Of a stretch of 64,000 nucleotides of DNA, positions 46,796 to 56,674 are shown piece after piece. The DNA lies in IMG/VR virus record IMGVR_UViG_3300021185_002806; one strand, written 5' to 3'. The position numbers and the translations under genes were made by a program. Numbering within the stretch: the stretch's first letter is position 1; each line of letters starts with the position of its first letter. Below the pieces are notes generated by a model. It did not search any database, was not told the DNA's origin, and saw nothing but the letters and a program-made list of their open reading frames with translations. This stretch comes from a virus.

Positions 46796-47667
46796 TTTTT
46801 ATGCCTTTCTGCCCAAGCGTGAATAAAAGTTTTATCATAACCAGGTGCTGATGAAAAATCAAAAGAACTAATTAAATTTAAATTTGTAAGATTATATTCT
46901 CTAAATGCTTTTACAATTTCAGTTACATTATTATGGAAATGGTTTTCAATTCCAAAAAAGTCATATAGCCTCCTTAGTTCTTTTACATTTTGCTCCATAA
47001 ATATTTTTCTATAACTTATAGTGATATCTACATTAGATTTTTCATGTCTAATAAACTTACGAGGTTCCGTAGATAGTTCAGGCAATGGTTCGTCTTTATT
47101 AGCTGGTGTTAAATGCTTCACGTAAAGTAAATTAGACACAAATTCTTCGCAGTCTTCGATATCAATTTGCATAGTATCTACGTTATAATTATTTCTAGGT
47201 AACTCATAATGAGTAAGAGATATAAGACTCTCTCCTGCGTCACTGTGTATCTTCCAACAAAGAGACATAAGTTCATCTAAATATAAATCAAATTCTGGAT
47301 CTTTGCCATAAAAACTCAAGTAAAATATAGAGTAATCATGTATAGGTAGCCAATAATATTTCTTTTGTATAACACGTATCCCAGCGGCTGTTATTCTATG
47401 TTTTAAGGCAAGTTTGATGAATTGTTCTTTAGACATTTTATTTCTAAAACTTTTCAGACTAGAGACTATATCAGGATATAACATTTCAAATTCATTAATT
47501 TCCCGTGTGATATCCCAAGGCCATAATGTAGATTTTTGAAAATCACAGGAATATTCATTTACATGCGATTTGTAATTAATAATTTTATTGATATCAGCAA
47601 GATGTAGGCAATGGAATGCTATGAAGTTCATACCTGCTCCAGGTGGAATATATGCCTTTCTTAACAA
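46792..47667 (-). CDS. Paralog 3 of tandem hypothetical family
   Basis: PPGAGMNFI; SYRKIF...LRRLYDFF...FREYNLTN. Confidence 0.65.
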   Translation of the reverse strand: MLRKAYIPPGAGMNFIAFHCLHLADINKIINYKSHVNEYSCDFQKSTLWPWDITREINEFEMLYPDIVSSLKSFRNKMSKEQFIKLALKHRITAAGIRVIQKKYYWLPIHDYSIFYLSFYGKDPEFDLYLDELMSLCWKIHSDAGESLISLTHYELPRNNYNVDTMQIDIEDCEEFVSNLLYVKHLTPANKDEPLPELSTEPRKFIRHEKSNVDITISYRKIFMEQNVKELRRLYDFFGIENHFHNNVTEIVKAFREYNLTNLNLISSFDFSSAPGYDKTFIHAWAERHKK

Positions 47668-47668
47668 A

Positions 47669-47992
47669 CTAGGCTCCGAAATAGAAGTTTAAGAGGCCGG
47701 AAAAAATTAAAGTAACAAGAACACCATTAAGCATTATCAATGCTCTATCGTGCCATAACATTCCTACCCAAAACCAACCCATCGTCCCAAACAATCCGAA
47801 CCACAAATCTACCTGTGGTATAGTACCTGTTGCTCTGGCACAGGTGGCAACCAATATCAATACTGATGCGGCCCATTTTACATACCAAGATAAATCATAT
47901 TTAGGTGTGACCTTTTTAAATACCCTACTAGAGTTAAGTTGTTTAATCTTTTCATCTAGTTTTTCTCTAATAGGTTCAATCTGTTTATTCAT
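47669..47992 (-). CDS. DUF6552-like membrane protein
   Basis: WYVKWAAS...GWFWVGMLWHDRALIMLN. Confidence 0.7.
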   Translation of the reverse strand: MNKQIEPIREKLDEKIKQLNSSRVFKKVTPKYDLSWYVKWAASVLILVATCARATGTIPQVDLWFGLFGTMGWFWVGMLWHDRALIMLNGVLVTLIFSGLLNFYFGA

Positions 47993-48899
47993 TAAATATC
48001 CTCTTGTATGTGTTTGTTATTCCTTGTACTTGTTCTATCTCTGGTTCCCATCCCAATAGCTTCTTTGCTTTACTTATATCTGCTAGAGTATCCCTAGCAT
48101 ATCCTCTTGGATTTGCTTCATGTAATACCTTAACATCTTTAAACTTCTTAATGATATCTACTACACCATTTACTGATATGTTCGTACCTGTACCAACATT
48201 AAATATTTCATTTCTTACTTTTGATTCAATACTCGCTATGCAGGCCTTTGCTACATCAGAAACATGTATATAATCTCTCTTATATTCTCCGTCGCCATGA
48301 ACCGTTAACGGCTCTCCTTCGTTAGCAAGTCTACCAAATTTACCTATCATCAGTCCGCCTGTATTAGAATTAGGTTGGTTCTCTGAATACACTGTGAAAA
48401 AACGTAGAATATTATAATTTAAATCGAACATATTCTTGTATTGTTTACATAGATGTTCGCCAAACAACTTAGTCATAGCATAGTAGTTGAGTGGGTCTGG
48501 TTTGTGATAAGGTTTATGGGGTGTTTGATTATTTCCATATACTGAACTACTGCCTGCAAACACAAATTTACGTACTCTAACTGCACTTGCGGCTGTTAGA
48601 ATATTACGTGTACCTGTTACATTATTATCAAAGTATTCATCTGGATTGAGGAAACTCTCTGGTATACGAGGCTTTGCGGCTAAATGAATTATAAACTCTT
48701 GTCCCGCACATGCCATAACACAACGTGCCGCATTTTGTAAATCTCCTTGAATATATTTTACCCTACTATCTATATTCTCGGGCTTATCTTTTTTATCTAG
48801 TATTGTAACCGAATACCCATTAGACAACAGTTGGGTTACCAACTCTGTTCCTATAAATCCTGCTCCGCCGGTAACTAAAACTTTAGCTTTTAATTTCAT
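47985..48899 (-). CDS. NAD-dependent epimerase/dehydratase
   Basis: TGGAGFIG, HLAA, SSSVYG, YAMTK, RDYIHVSD. Confidence 0.93.
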   Translation of the reverse strand: MKLKAKVLVTGGAGFIGTELVTQLLSNGYSVTILDKKDKPENIDSRVKYIQGDLQNAARCVMACAGQEFIIHLAAKPRIPESFLNPDEYFDNNVTGTRNILTAASAVRVRKFVFAGSSSVYGNNQTPHKPYHKPDPLNYYAMTKLFGEHLCKQYKNMFDLNYNILRFFTVYSENQPNSNTGGLMIGKFGRLANEGEPLTVHGDGEYKRDYIHVSDVAKACIASIESKVRNEIFNVGTGTNISVNGVVDIIKKFKDVKVLHEANPRGYARDTLADISKAKKLLGWEPEIEQVQGITNTYKRIFNE

Positions 48900-49287
48900 T
48901 CATTTCCTCTTTTGACATTTTATAAACTTTGCGAGTCGCTTTATCTAAACATGTAAAACTAAAAGTTCCCACAAAACAGTCATACCAATCTAAACTTCTA
49001 TTGTCTCGGTATTGCATCGTAATTGATACATTTATTCTTGCAGGTGTTACTTCTATAATTTCAGCATAGGATTCTATAAAGCCATATGCATATGCAGGAG
49101 CAACAAACTTAACATCCGCACTATTTGTAACTACCGCAATGTCCGGTCTTTCTGTTAAAAATGTTTCATTAATCATAGTGTATGCCGATACATCAGCCAT
49201 ATCAAATAGCCTTCCTCCACTAACAGTTCCTCCTGCATTAACGTGGTCTGCTACAAGATGTACTTTCCATACTAACTTTTTCATCAA
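48883..49287 (-). CDS. Acyl-CoA thioesterase (hotdog fold)
   Basis: HVNAGGTVSGGRLFDMAD, VKFVAP. Confidence 0.75.
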   Translation of the reverse strand: MMKKLVWKVHLVADHVNAGGTVSGGRLFDMADVSAYTMINETFLTERPDIAVVTNSADVKFVAPAYAYGFIESYAEIIEVTPARINVSITMQYRDNRSLDWYDCFVGTFSFTCLDKATRKVYKMSKEEMNEIKS

Positions 49288-49292
49288 TTCAC

Positions 49293-49907
49293 CTAGTTAA
49301 GTTGAAACATATTCGATAATGGTATAATGTTATATGCAATTAGTCTATCACCACCACCGCTATTATTTACACTATGCCAGGTATTCCAATTATTGAGAAA
49401 GAATACGCCTGTGCCTTTTTTAGTAGGTCCTTGATACCAACTGTCTTCGACATTATGAGGATCCGTATACCTATGAAATGATGTACCAGAACCAATAGGA
49501 TTATCTTGTAAATTTACAATAACTACTCCAACTACTGTCCTGTTATCAATATGAGACCCCATACTAAAACCGTCTCTGTCATGCATTATTTGTATACAGC
49601 TTAAATGTCTAGGCCAATCAAATCTTGCAAAACCATTAGGCCACATAGGCTGTAATTCAATACATTCTTTATATGCGGATCCATCCTTTAAAAATGTCTG
49701 AATAGTGTCACAATGTCTAAGCCATTCTGTTTGGAATTTTAGATGATTATCATTGCCTTCAACTAAGTCCATAGGCTCACGTTTTTGACTCATTGGAAGT
49801 AATTTTTCCGTACTATTGTTATATAATGCAGGTACGTCTAAATTTGGTAATGTTACATTACTTAATTCCCATACGGGAACTTTTTCACTTTGTATCGAAA
49901 TTTCCAT
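49293..49907 (-). CDS. 2OG-Fe(II) oxygenase
   Basis: HIDN...GTSF...WHSV...R. Confidence 0.78.
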   Translation of the reverse strand: MEISIQSEKVPVWELSNVTLPNLDVPALYNNSTEKLLPMSQKREPMDLVEGNDNHLKFQTEWLRHCDTIQTFLKDGSAYKECIELQPMWPNGFARFDWPRHLSCIQIMHDRDGFSMGSHIDNRTVVGVVIVNLQDNPIGSGTSFHRYTDPHNVEDSWYQGPTKKGTGVFFLNNWNTWHSVNNSGGGDRLIAYNIIPLSNMFQLN

Positions 49908-49918
49908 TTACTATCTTT

Positions 49919-50203
49919 CTATCTTAGGTCAGGGATATTAGGATCCCTATATTGCTCAGGCATAGCAAGTTCGCCTGGCTCATATAAGAACTTATCTCTA
50001 TTCTCTGACAAGAATGCCCTAGCACTTTCATCCATTAAATTTAGTCTATTCTCATTTATCAAAATAGTTTGAAAATTTAACCATTCATTCCATGCTTTTT
50101 CTGAGACATTCTCAAGTACTCGTTTACCTGCTTCTCCCGGAAATGGTGCTTTTTCTAATCCGGGCAATTCTTCATTATACTTTGAACAAAAAACTTTTGG
50201 CAT
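49919..50203 (-). CDS. yggX: Fe(II)-trafficking/oxidative damage protection protein
   Basis: VFCSKY...PFPGEAGKRV...AWNEW..QTILINENRL. Confidence 0.92.
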   Translation of the reverse strand: MPKVFCSKYNEELPGLEKAPFPGEAGKRVLENVSEKAWNEWLNFQTILINENRLNLMDESARAFLSENRDKFLYEPGELAMPEQYRDPNIPDLR

Positions 50204-50389
50204 ATTGTCTCCTTTTGTAATATTACTTAGTTATAATAACATATTTAATATAAAAAATCAATAGTTATTTTGATATGCAGTGAGGTTATCGAGGTATGCA
50301 AGTAGCTTTGCATTTAGGACATAGCGGGAATGTCGAAAAAACACTGTTAATTCATCATTTATTCGTGTATATTTATATAAATAAAAGTG

Positions 50390-50499
50390 ATACAAGAAGT
50401 CCTTTCTTGTATTGGCACTGGGAAAGACCAGGGCAGGCGCAGACTGCCACAACAAACGAATGACGCCGGAAAAGACCGGGGTATTGCTTTCCTCAAGCA
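50390..50499 (+). ncRNA. Multi-hairpin leader with twin RAAAGA-loop hairpins
   Basis: Follows TATAAATA (50376-50383); five hairpins. Confidence 0.5.
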
Positions 50500-50531
50500 C
50501 AAAGAAAATTTATTTTATACGGAGAACGTAA

Positions 50532-50732
50532 ATGACGTTGAACTTTTTCAGCGGCCTTGTGAGTGTCTTTTCGTCCAGAACTTCTAATAAGTTGCAAAAG
50601 GACATGATGCTTTGGGCCAAAACAGAATACAAGAATGATTGGCAGTATGCCTATCAAGTAATGATAGAAACAGGTGATGGACCAAAAGGATATCACGGAT
50701 TAGGACATATCGGAAGGAATTTTAATGCTTAA
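50532..50732 (+). CDS. Small hypothetical protein
   Basis: GGAG RBS; WAKTEYKNDWQYAY. Confidence 0.6.
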   Translation: MTLNFFSGLVSVFSSRTSNKLQKDMMLWAKTEYKNDWQYAYQVMIETGDGPKGYHGLGHIGRNFNA

Positions 50733-50895
50733 GTTTATTTTAAAATTACTAAAGAAATTAAAACCAAGAACAATAGAACAAATAGAATATGATTACTTGG
50801 CTAGTTCGCACGACTTAGTTGACTTAGAGCGTAGACAACGAGTATTACAAAGGCGTGAAACTACAGTAAATCATAATCTTAAGGGATGGGTATAA
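50725..50895 (+). CDS. DUF3563-like small protein
   Basis: Manual translation with YLASSHDLVDLERRQR. Confidence 0.65.
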   Translation: MLKFILKLLKKLKPRTIEQIEYDYLASSHDLVDLERRQRVLQRRETTVNHNLKGWV

Positions 50896-51083
50896 TGAAT
50901 ACGATGATAATTAGAAGCACATGCAGAATATGTGAAATAATAAAGATGGCTCTTACAACAGCGGTTATGGCAATATGGGCGTTTGGTGAGAGTGCCGGTC
51001 GTGCAAGAGCGGCAAGTGAGTTGTACCGTCAAGGGTATATCAAAGAAGCTAAAGCATTAATGTTAAGAGAAAATGATGTTTAA
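50895..51083 (+). CDS. Small protein (RARAASELYRQGY)
   Basis: TAATG-coupled start. Confidence 0.6.
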   Translation: MNTMIIRSTCRICEIIKMALTTAVMAIWAFGESAGRARAASELYRQGYIKEAKALMLRENDV

Positions 51084-51210
51084 AAGATTTATAAAAGCAA
51101 TGGAATACAGAAGTTACTGTATGGCAATTAGAGAACTAAGAAGTAGAGGCTATTATAAAAAAGCCAATGAGATTTCTGAATTTAAACACAACATGTATGG
51201 AAGTTTTTGA
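51073..51210 (+). CDS. 45-aa protein similar to upstream ORF
   Basis: MMFKRFIKAMEYRSYCMAIRELRSRGYYKKA... Confidence 0.55.
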   Translation: MMFKRFIKAMEYRSYCMAIRELRSRGYYKKANEISEFKHNMYGSF

Positions 51211-51211
51211 T

Positions 51212-51265
51212 ATGTGGCCTTACACAGAAGAAGAATTAGATTTCATCAATGGTACAAAAAAGTAA
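51212..51265 (+). CDS. 17-aa micropeptide MWPYTEEELDFINGTKK
   Basis: Starts 1 nt after the upstream stop and ends at the terminator. Confidence 0.4.
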   Translation: MWPYTEEELDFINGTKK

Positions 51266-51286
51266 AAGGGGCTTAGGCCTCTTTTA
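51264..51286. terminator. Bidirectional terminator
   Basis: AAAAGGGGC-TTAG-GCCTCTTTT. Confidence 0.75.
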
Positions 51287-52141
51287 CTATATGTCATCTT
51301 CGATTGAAGAATTTTGTTGAAATATTTTACCAACATTACCAGAAAAGGTAAAGTGCCCTACATGGTCTAAATTGATTAGTGGGTCTAGCCAAACTTCACC
51401 ACCTAATGCTTGCCATCTACGACAAAATGCGTAGTCCTCTGATAGATACCGCTTTGTATCTTGTTCATGCATACAATCAAAAAATAGATAAGTCCATTTA
51501 GCAAATTCTTCATCCATATTCAAATCATTATTAAAATACAAATCAGGATAAGCGGAAATCATTTTTTCAATTACTTCACGTTTTATCAACATAAAACCAG
51601 TTGCCGCGTCACGTAACTTTACCAACCCATCTTTAGTTTTTATTTTACGTGAATTGTCTTCTTCTATGTTCCAATCAAAATTCAATGCATAATTGGCGCC
51701 TGCTTGTTTCAAATCTTCTAATGTATCCGCACGGCCACCTAGTATTCTACGTTCTATGCCTCTCCAATCTAAATCTTTTTTTGGATATGCACCGACTATA
51801 ATATCTTTATCATGTTGCAACATATGTAAGATATCAATACAATCAAAATTAACATCAGCGTCAATAAACATTAAATGTGTTGCTTTTGGATTAGCCATAA
51901 AGTACGCAACCATATGACAACGGGCTCTTGATATCAACGATTCATTTGCACTAGTTGTAACTGAGTAAGGTATTTCGTGTCTAGTATACATCATATGTGC
52001 CTTAGTCCAACTACGAAAGAAAGGCTCTGTGATTTGTCCACCATAACAAGGGGTACAATAATGAACGTGAGTTTTTGAAATAAACTCTAAGTCAATATTT
52101 TTGCGATAATTTTGAAATTTTTCTAGTATGTTTTGATCCAT
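51287..52141 (-). CDS. Glycosyltransferase (GT-A fold)
   Basis: TPCYGG, ESLISRAR, FIDAD, ATGFMLIKR, SEDYAFC. Confidence 0.8.
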   Translation of the reverse strand: MDQNILEKFQNYRKNIDLEFISKTHVHYCTPCYGGQITEPFFRSWTKAHMMYTRHEIPYSVTTSANESLISRARCHMVAYFMANPKATHLMFIDADVNFDCIDILHMLQHDKDIIVGAYPKKDLDWRGIERRILGGRADTLEDLKQAGANYALNFDWNIEEDNSRKIKTKDGLVKLRDAATGFMLIKREVIEKMISAYPDLYFNNDLNMDEEFAKWTYLFFDCMHEQDTKRYLSEDYAFCRRWQALGGEVWLDPLINLDHVGHFTFSGNVGKIFQQNSSIEDDI

Positions 52142-52201
52142 TATTCACCTACATAGTTATATACTAATAATACTATATTTAGTGAGGAATGTCAATAGTT
52201 A

Positions 52202-52897
52202 TTATGGACCAGTATTGCGTTTTGTTTTTTCGTCTTGTATCCACTGCTTTGCTTGACGCTTAGACGGTGGTTGAATAAGAAACTTATCAATTTGATTGTT
52301 AACTTTTGAAAAGTTTTCTGCTCTTTCTGGATCTTCAAGTCCGCCAGAATTATCTACAATGTGGAAGTTGCCTGCACGAAATAGTTGCTGAAACTTCATA
52401 AGATTTTGTTGTACTGAATTCCACATCTTATTAACTTGTTCTCTAGGAAGACTTCTTGGGCGATCCTGATTACGTTTCTGTGCAACTTCTTCACTTGTGT
52501 TTACAAACAACATCATAGTGTCATAACCAAGTTGATGTAACTGTTCTTGTGCTTTTGATACTTTTGCAACGTCTTTGCCAGTACCATCAATTATAAGTCC
52601 TAATCTTCCTGCGATATGTGATGCTTCTTTATTCGCAGTAATCTCTTTAGCACGATTACGAATTCTTTGTCCTTCATCTGAATAGATATTGTCAGGAGTT
52701 AATTCTTTACCTGCTTTGCCCATCATAAACTCGAAAATGTCATCAGAGTTTATAGGTTTAAGTCCAGTACCTTTTAGTAATTTTTTAGCAACAAAAGTTT
52801 TACCTGCGCCTGGGCCTCCAGCAAAAAATACTGCTTTAAAAATATGAGGGTCATTGACGCCTTCTTCCATTGGTTTTAAAATTTCTTCAATACGCAT
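52202..52897 (-). CDS. Zeta-toxin/AAA_33-like P-loop kinase with virion-type leader
   Basis: AGGPGAGKT, INSDD, IIDGTG, RNQDRPR; MRIEEI...MEE leader; GATAAATA upstream. Confidence 0.75.
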   Translation of the reverse strand: MRIEEILKPMEEGVNDPHIFKAVFFAGGPGAGKTFVAKKLLKGTGLKPINSDDIFEFMMGKAGKELTPDNIYSDEGQRIRNRAKEITANKEASHIAGRLGLIIDGTGKDVAKVSKAQEQLHQLGYDTMMLFVNTSEEVAQKRNQDRPRSLPREQVNKMWNSVQQNLMKFQQLFRAGNFHIVDNSGGLEDPERAENFSKVNNQIDKFLIQPPSKRQAKQWIQDEKTKRNTGP

Positions 52898-52925
52898 AAT
52901 TAAACTCCTTATATCTATTTATCAT

Positions 52926-53591
52926 TTAAGAGAGTTTTATCCATGGCATTGGATCATCAGTATTTCTACTTAAATCTAATATATGATTATCCATTATTGT
53001 CGTATGTACACTATTTACTACACGGCCTGCATATTCTTCTATATTAGTTTCATCTAAGTATGACGGACTCATACATGCTATTTTCATATTCTCTTTGCTA
53101 CATGCCATCCATTGTTGCTGTTGCATCTGTCTTATACTAATATAATCTTTATACTTAAATTTATATGCGGCAGTCTTATCAGTTACAGTGATAGAACTTG
53201 TAATGAATATAACATTTATATCTTTTTTACCACTACGTCTATTTGATGATTGAACTTCATTAAGAACGTGTGATATAGTATTAATAACTGTTACTGGGTA
53301 TGACCATTTCCATGAGTATGGGTCCTGATGTTGGTTTATATGTTTAAGTCCTTGATTCCAGTGAGGAGGTTCATCCTTTGGTAAAAAATCACACTTTTGA
53401 TTTATGATTATATAATCTGGTACTTTCATCCTTGATACTTTTTCTACACAACCTTGAGTATCAACAAATACAAAATTGTCTCTACCAAATATCTCAACAT
53501 CATCATTATATCTAATTTGTTGCTGTCTAATAATTTCTTTACTAAAGTCTGATGTTTGTCCAAATATCCAGATTAACTTTTTATTTTTCAT
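52926..53591 (-). CDS. Divergent SDR-like protein
   Basis: WIFGQTS, IIINQ, IFITSS. Confidence 0.5.
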   Translation of the reverse strand: MKNKKLIWIFGQTSDFSKEIIRQQQIRYNDDVEIFGRDNFVFVDTQGCVEKVSRMKVPDYIIINQKCDFLPKDEPPHWNQGLKHINQHQDPYSWKWSYPVTVINTISHVLNEVQSSNRRSGKKDINVIFITSSITVTDKTAAYKFKYKDYISIRQMQQQQWMACSKENMKIACMSPSYLDETNIEEYAGRVVNSVHTTIMDNHILDLSRNTDDPMPWIKLS

Positions 53592-54292
53592 GGTGCTGTC
53601 ATCCTAAGGCCTGCTTGAGCCAGAGTTGCCGATTCTGTATAGTGTGTTTTTGCATCAATAAGTGTACTATGCACATCAAGTCCATCATCAAAATGTCTTT
53701 TTATGTATCTTGCTAATTCTTTATTTTGTTGATGACTCATATGACACACTCTTCCTAGACTGGAATCTTCCCATATATCTATAGTTGGCATCATATCTTT
53801 CATATCTAATTTACTGATGTTAGCTAATTCCCTAGTATTTAAAATCAATGTTTTATCGTGTAAAGAACTCACTGCACGTTTTACTGCATCATCAACGAAA
53901 TCAAATGTATCAGGATAATGAACACGTAAAGTATGTGCCGCATGTAATACTTGCAGATTAACTTTTTCATCATTTGAAATGTTAAATTTAGAAAATTTAA
54001 ATTGATTATTTAAAGCCATAGATTCTGTAGCATTACGAGAATTGTAAAGTAATTCATGGTTTGTACTATTGTTGATTAAATGCAGTCGGCCTGGTTCAGT
54101 ACATATAAAAATAATTTTAGAATACTCTTGTAATCTATCGATATTATCTAAAAGTTTTCTATATGAATAAGACAATGAAGTTCCATATAGTGCAAAGTTT
54201 TCTTGTGGTTCATCGCTTAGTTGCGATAATATAGTTGGCCAGCCTATGGCGCCATTCTCATGTGCAAAACTATCTCCAAAAATACCTATCAT
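53588..54292 (-). CDS. SGNH/GDSL-like protein
   Basis: IFGDSFA, NFALYGTS, CHMS. Confidence 0.65.
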   Translation of the reverse strand: MIGIFGDSFAHENGAIGWPTILSQLSDEPQENFALYGTSLSYSYRKLLDNIDRLQEYSKIIFICTEPGRLHLINNSTNHELLYNSRNATESMALNNQFKFSKFNISNDEKVNLQVLHAAHTLRVHYPDTFDFVDDAVKRAVSSLHDKTLILNTRELANISKLDMKDMMPTIDIWEDSSLGRVCHMSHQQNKELARYIKRHFDDGLDVHSTLIDAKTHYTESATLAQAGLRMTAP

Positions 54293-54297
54293 TAATA

Positions 54298-56028
54298 TTA
54301 CCTAACATTTTGGTCTATAGAGTTCCACTGCACTACTGCACTGGCATAATTTCGTTTGATACGATTTATCAGTCTAGTTGTATGTGGTGCGACTTTAGAA
54401 TTCAAAAGTTCTAGTTTGTTTTGCTCTTTGCTATCGATTCTAAATTTATTTCCTTCTGATTCATAAACTAGCTGAGAATTAGCTGATTTTAATTCTACTG
54501 AAACCGATGTTTCATCCTGTGCTAATTGTTCAGAAAGTATGATTGCTTGTTGCTTTAATTCTTCTGTAGAAAAAGTTTTTGTTGCAACTGCTTGGTTAAT
54601 AAACATCTTTAGATGTTTTATATCTCTTTTTAATTCTAACAATGTATTAGAATATGCTCCTTGCCATTGCCTCCAGGCATCACTTGATATAATTGTTGGT
54701 GTTGTCTTTGGTGTATTAGTTGATGTCGATGGCAATGAGCCAGTTTTAGGTGTAGCTGAAAGCACTGTTCCTCCTACTGCATTCTTAATAGTATCAAAAG
54801 TGTCTCCGAATATACCCGTAACTTCTGCAAATAAATTATGCAAATATGCGTCTAATGGTTTATGTAATTTTGCAGTTTCAGTAAATGGTGATTGTGGGAC
54901 TCCAGGAGATTGTGATGCTTCTTGTTTTGCTTGGTCCATTGTTTTAATAACAGTACCAGCATCCGCCCTACTATCAATAGATGTAGGAATAGATGAAAGT
55001 GCATTCATCGGTGCATTAAGTTTATTAACTGCACCTTTCATTTCATTACTTCCTGTATTAAGTATTACTGCCATTTGACATGGATCTAATGCCGCCGCCG
55101 CCATTGATAATGCCAATGCTTTTGAAAGTAATTCACTTGCTAAACCTAATAACTTTTGGGCTTCCATTGCAATCTGGTTTGTAACATCTGCAATCGCATT
55201 TGTTACTTTTCCTACCATACTTCCTATCTGCCCTAATATACCACTGAGTGCCGATGTCGCTGAATTTATAACACCAGATACTGCATTAATTACATCACCT
55301 ATAATGCCTCCTGCACCACTTATCGCACTAGTAATTTGGTCTATAATTCCTGATATGCCTGATTGTTGTAAAAACCCACCTAATTTATCAAATGCATTAT
55401 CAATAAAATCCATTGTGCCATCAAACCCACCACTTAGCACTCCTAATATTTCATTAAAAAACGAACAACTATCTTTTTGTTCGCCAAACTGAGAATTCAT
55501 TCCAGCTAAAGCACTAGCATCTGATAGTGTTTTCGGCAAATCACTCATTTGTCCTGTCGTATGTGTTTTTAAAGAATTAAATAGTGCAAGGCCTAATGCC
55601 CCTATACCCAATACTTTAATTACATTACCTACATCAACACCTGTTAATTCTAATATGCCGGCAAAAATTGCTGTTTGCTCTATAGCACTAAAGGACCCAA
55701 AAGCACCTGCTAACGCTGTAACATTTGCTAACGTTGGGTTTAGTGCAAAGTTGTTTATGATGCCGATACTATTATCTGCTCTTCCAATATATGGATTTGT
55801 AAAGTTGTTACCTGCAACTTCACTGGCAATAGTTGATAATGCAGACTGTCTATTAAACTGTTCTTGTCTTGCTATCAATAATGCTTCTTGCCCTGGTGTA
55901 AGTGATGCAGATGATGTTGTACTATAATACTGTGCAGGCGTGGTATTTACGTTTGAAAACGTGTATTGTCCTCCGCCTCTATTTACAAATTCTTGATATA
56001 GTCTTTCAATTTCTGCTTCACTAGCCAT
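54298..56028 (-). CDS. Putative structural protein (Gly/Ala/Ser-rich helical)
   Basis: Next to PAAR gene; amphipathic repeats. Confidence 0.55.
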   Translation of the reverse strand: MASEAEIERLYQEFVNRGGGQYTFSNVNTTPAQYYSTTSSASLTPGQEALLIARQEQFNRQSALSTIASEVAGNNFTNPYIGRADNSIGIINNFALNPTLANVTALAGAFGSFSAIEQTAIFAGILELTGVDVGNVIKVLGIGALGLALFNSLKTHTTGQMSDLPKTLSDASALAGMNSQFGEQKDSCSFFNEILGVLSGGFDGTMDFIDNAFDKLGGFLQQSGISGIIDQITSAISGAGGIIGDVINAVSGVINSATSALSGILGQIGSMVGKVTNAIADVTNQIAMEAQKLLGLASELLSKALALSMAAAALDPCQMAVILNTGSNEMKGAVNKLNAPMNALSSIPTSIDSRADAGTVIKTMDQAKQEASQSPGVPQSPFTETAKLHKPLDAYLHNLFAEVTGIFGDTFDTIKNAVGGTVLSATPKTGSLPSTSTNTPKTTPTIISSDAWRQWQGAYSNTLLELKRDIKHLKMFINQAVATKTFSTEELKQQAIILSEQLAQDETSVSVELKSANSQLVYESEGNKFRIDSKEQNKLELLNSKVAPHTTRLINRIKRNYASAVVQWNSIDQNVR

Positions 56029-56037
56029 CTTATTATC

Positions 56038-56331
56038 CTAACTATTTACAATAACATTTCCTGACCCAGAAACAACTTTAATGCCACATGAAAACGAATC
56101 GCCTACTCTTCCCAATGGACGCCCATTGACAAAAACATTATGCGAACCTACAACAAGAGGAGTTACATGTGGTGTACAAAAAGGCGGTACACCGTGTGGT
56201 GTATCCTTGTCATTCACTCTAAATGCATTTAATCCATTGATGATTACATTTTCAGAACCTGCATCGCACGTACCTGGTCCACAGGGTGAGTGTGCTGATG
56301 TACTATCTGTTGTTCTTGCGGCACTTGGCAT
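56038..56331 (-). CDS. PAAR-motif baseplate spike tip (gp5.4-like)
   Basis: MPSAAR..D..H...GS.NV.ING...RVGD...C...GS.NV. Confidence 0.92.
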   Translation of the reverse strand: MPSAARTTDSTSAHSPCGPGTCDAGSENVIINGLNAFRVNDKDTPHGVPPFCTPHVTPLVVGSHNVFVNGRPLGRVGDSFSCGIKVVSGSGNVIVNS

Positions 56332-56636
56332 TACGTTATTAATCCTGAGTCTGGTGTAACTAATCCGCTTGTTGCAGATTGATACGCTTTGGTCGTTTCT
56401 TTGTTTGTTTGCAAAACAGAAACTATTTTATCATCACGTAATACAACTTCGCCTTCACTATCACCTGTTACAGTAAATGGCTGAAACGAAATCTGTTGTC
56501 CAAAGACCAAAGTCAATGGTTTTTTAACGACAAAATCTGTACCGTTTTCACTTACAAACTTACCTAGCAATTCTTGTCCACCAGTCATTACTAATGTGAC
56601 AATATCGCCTTCTTTATATTGTTTTGTTTTTAACAT
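56331..56636 (-). CDS. Sm-like-fold hypothetical protein
   Basis: GDIVTLVMTGGQELLGKF...YQSATSGLV. Confidence 0.6.
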   Translation of the reverse strand: MLKTKQYKEGDIVTLVMTGGQELLGKFVSENGTDFVVKKPLTLVFGQQISFQPFTVTGDSEGEVVLRDDKIVSVLQTNKETTKAYQSATSGLVTPDSGLIT

Positions 56637-56674
56637 TTGCTTTCTCGTATTTATGTTGTTAATTATATATGTAT

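Noticed and set aside
50415-50482. Cobalamin or guanidine-II riboswitch assignment
   Set aside because: Lacks the B12 core elements, and the loops are RAAAGA rather than ACGR
50387-50587. 66-aa + strand ORF over the hairpin leader
   Set aside because: GTG start immediately after the promoter, no RBS, overlaps the better-supported 50532 ORF
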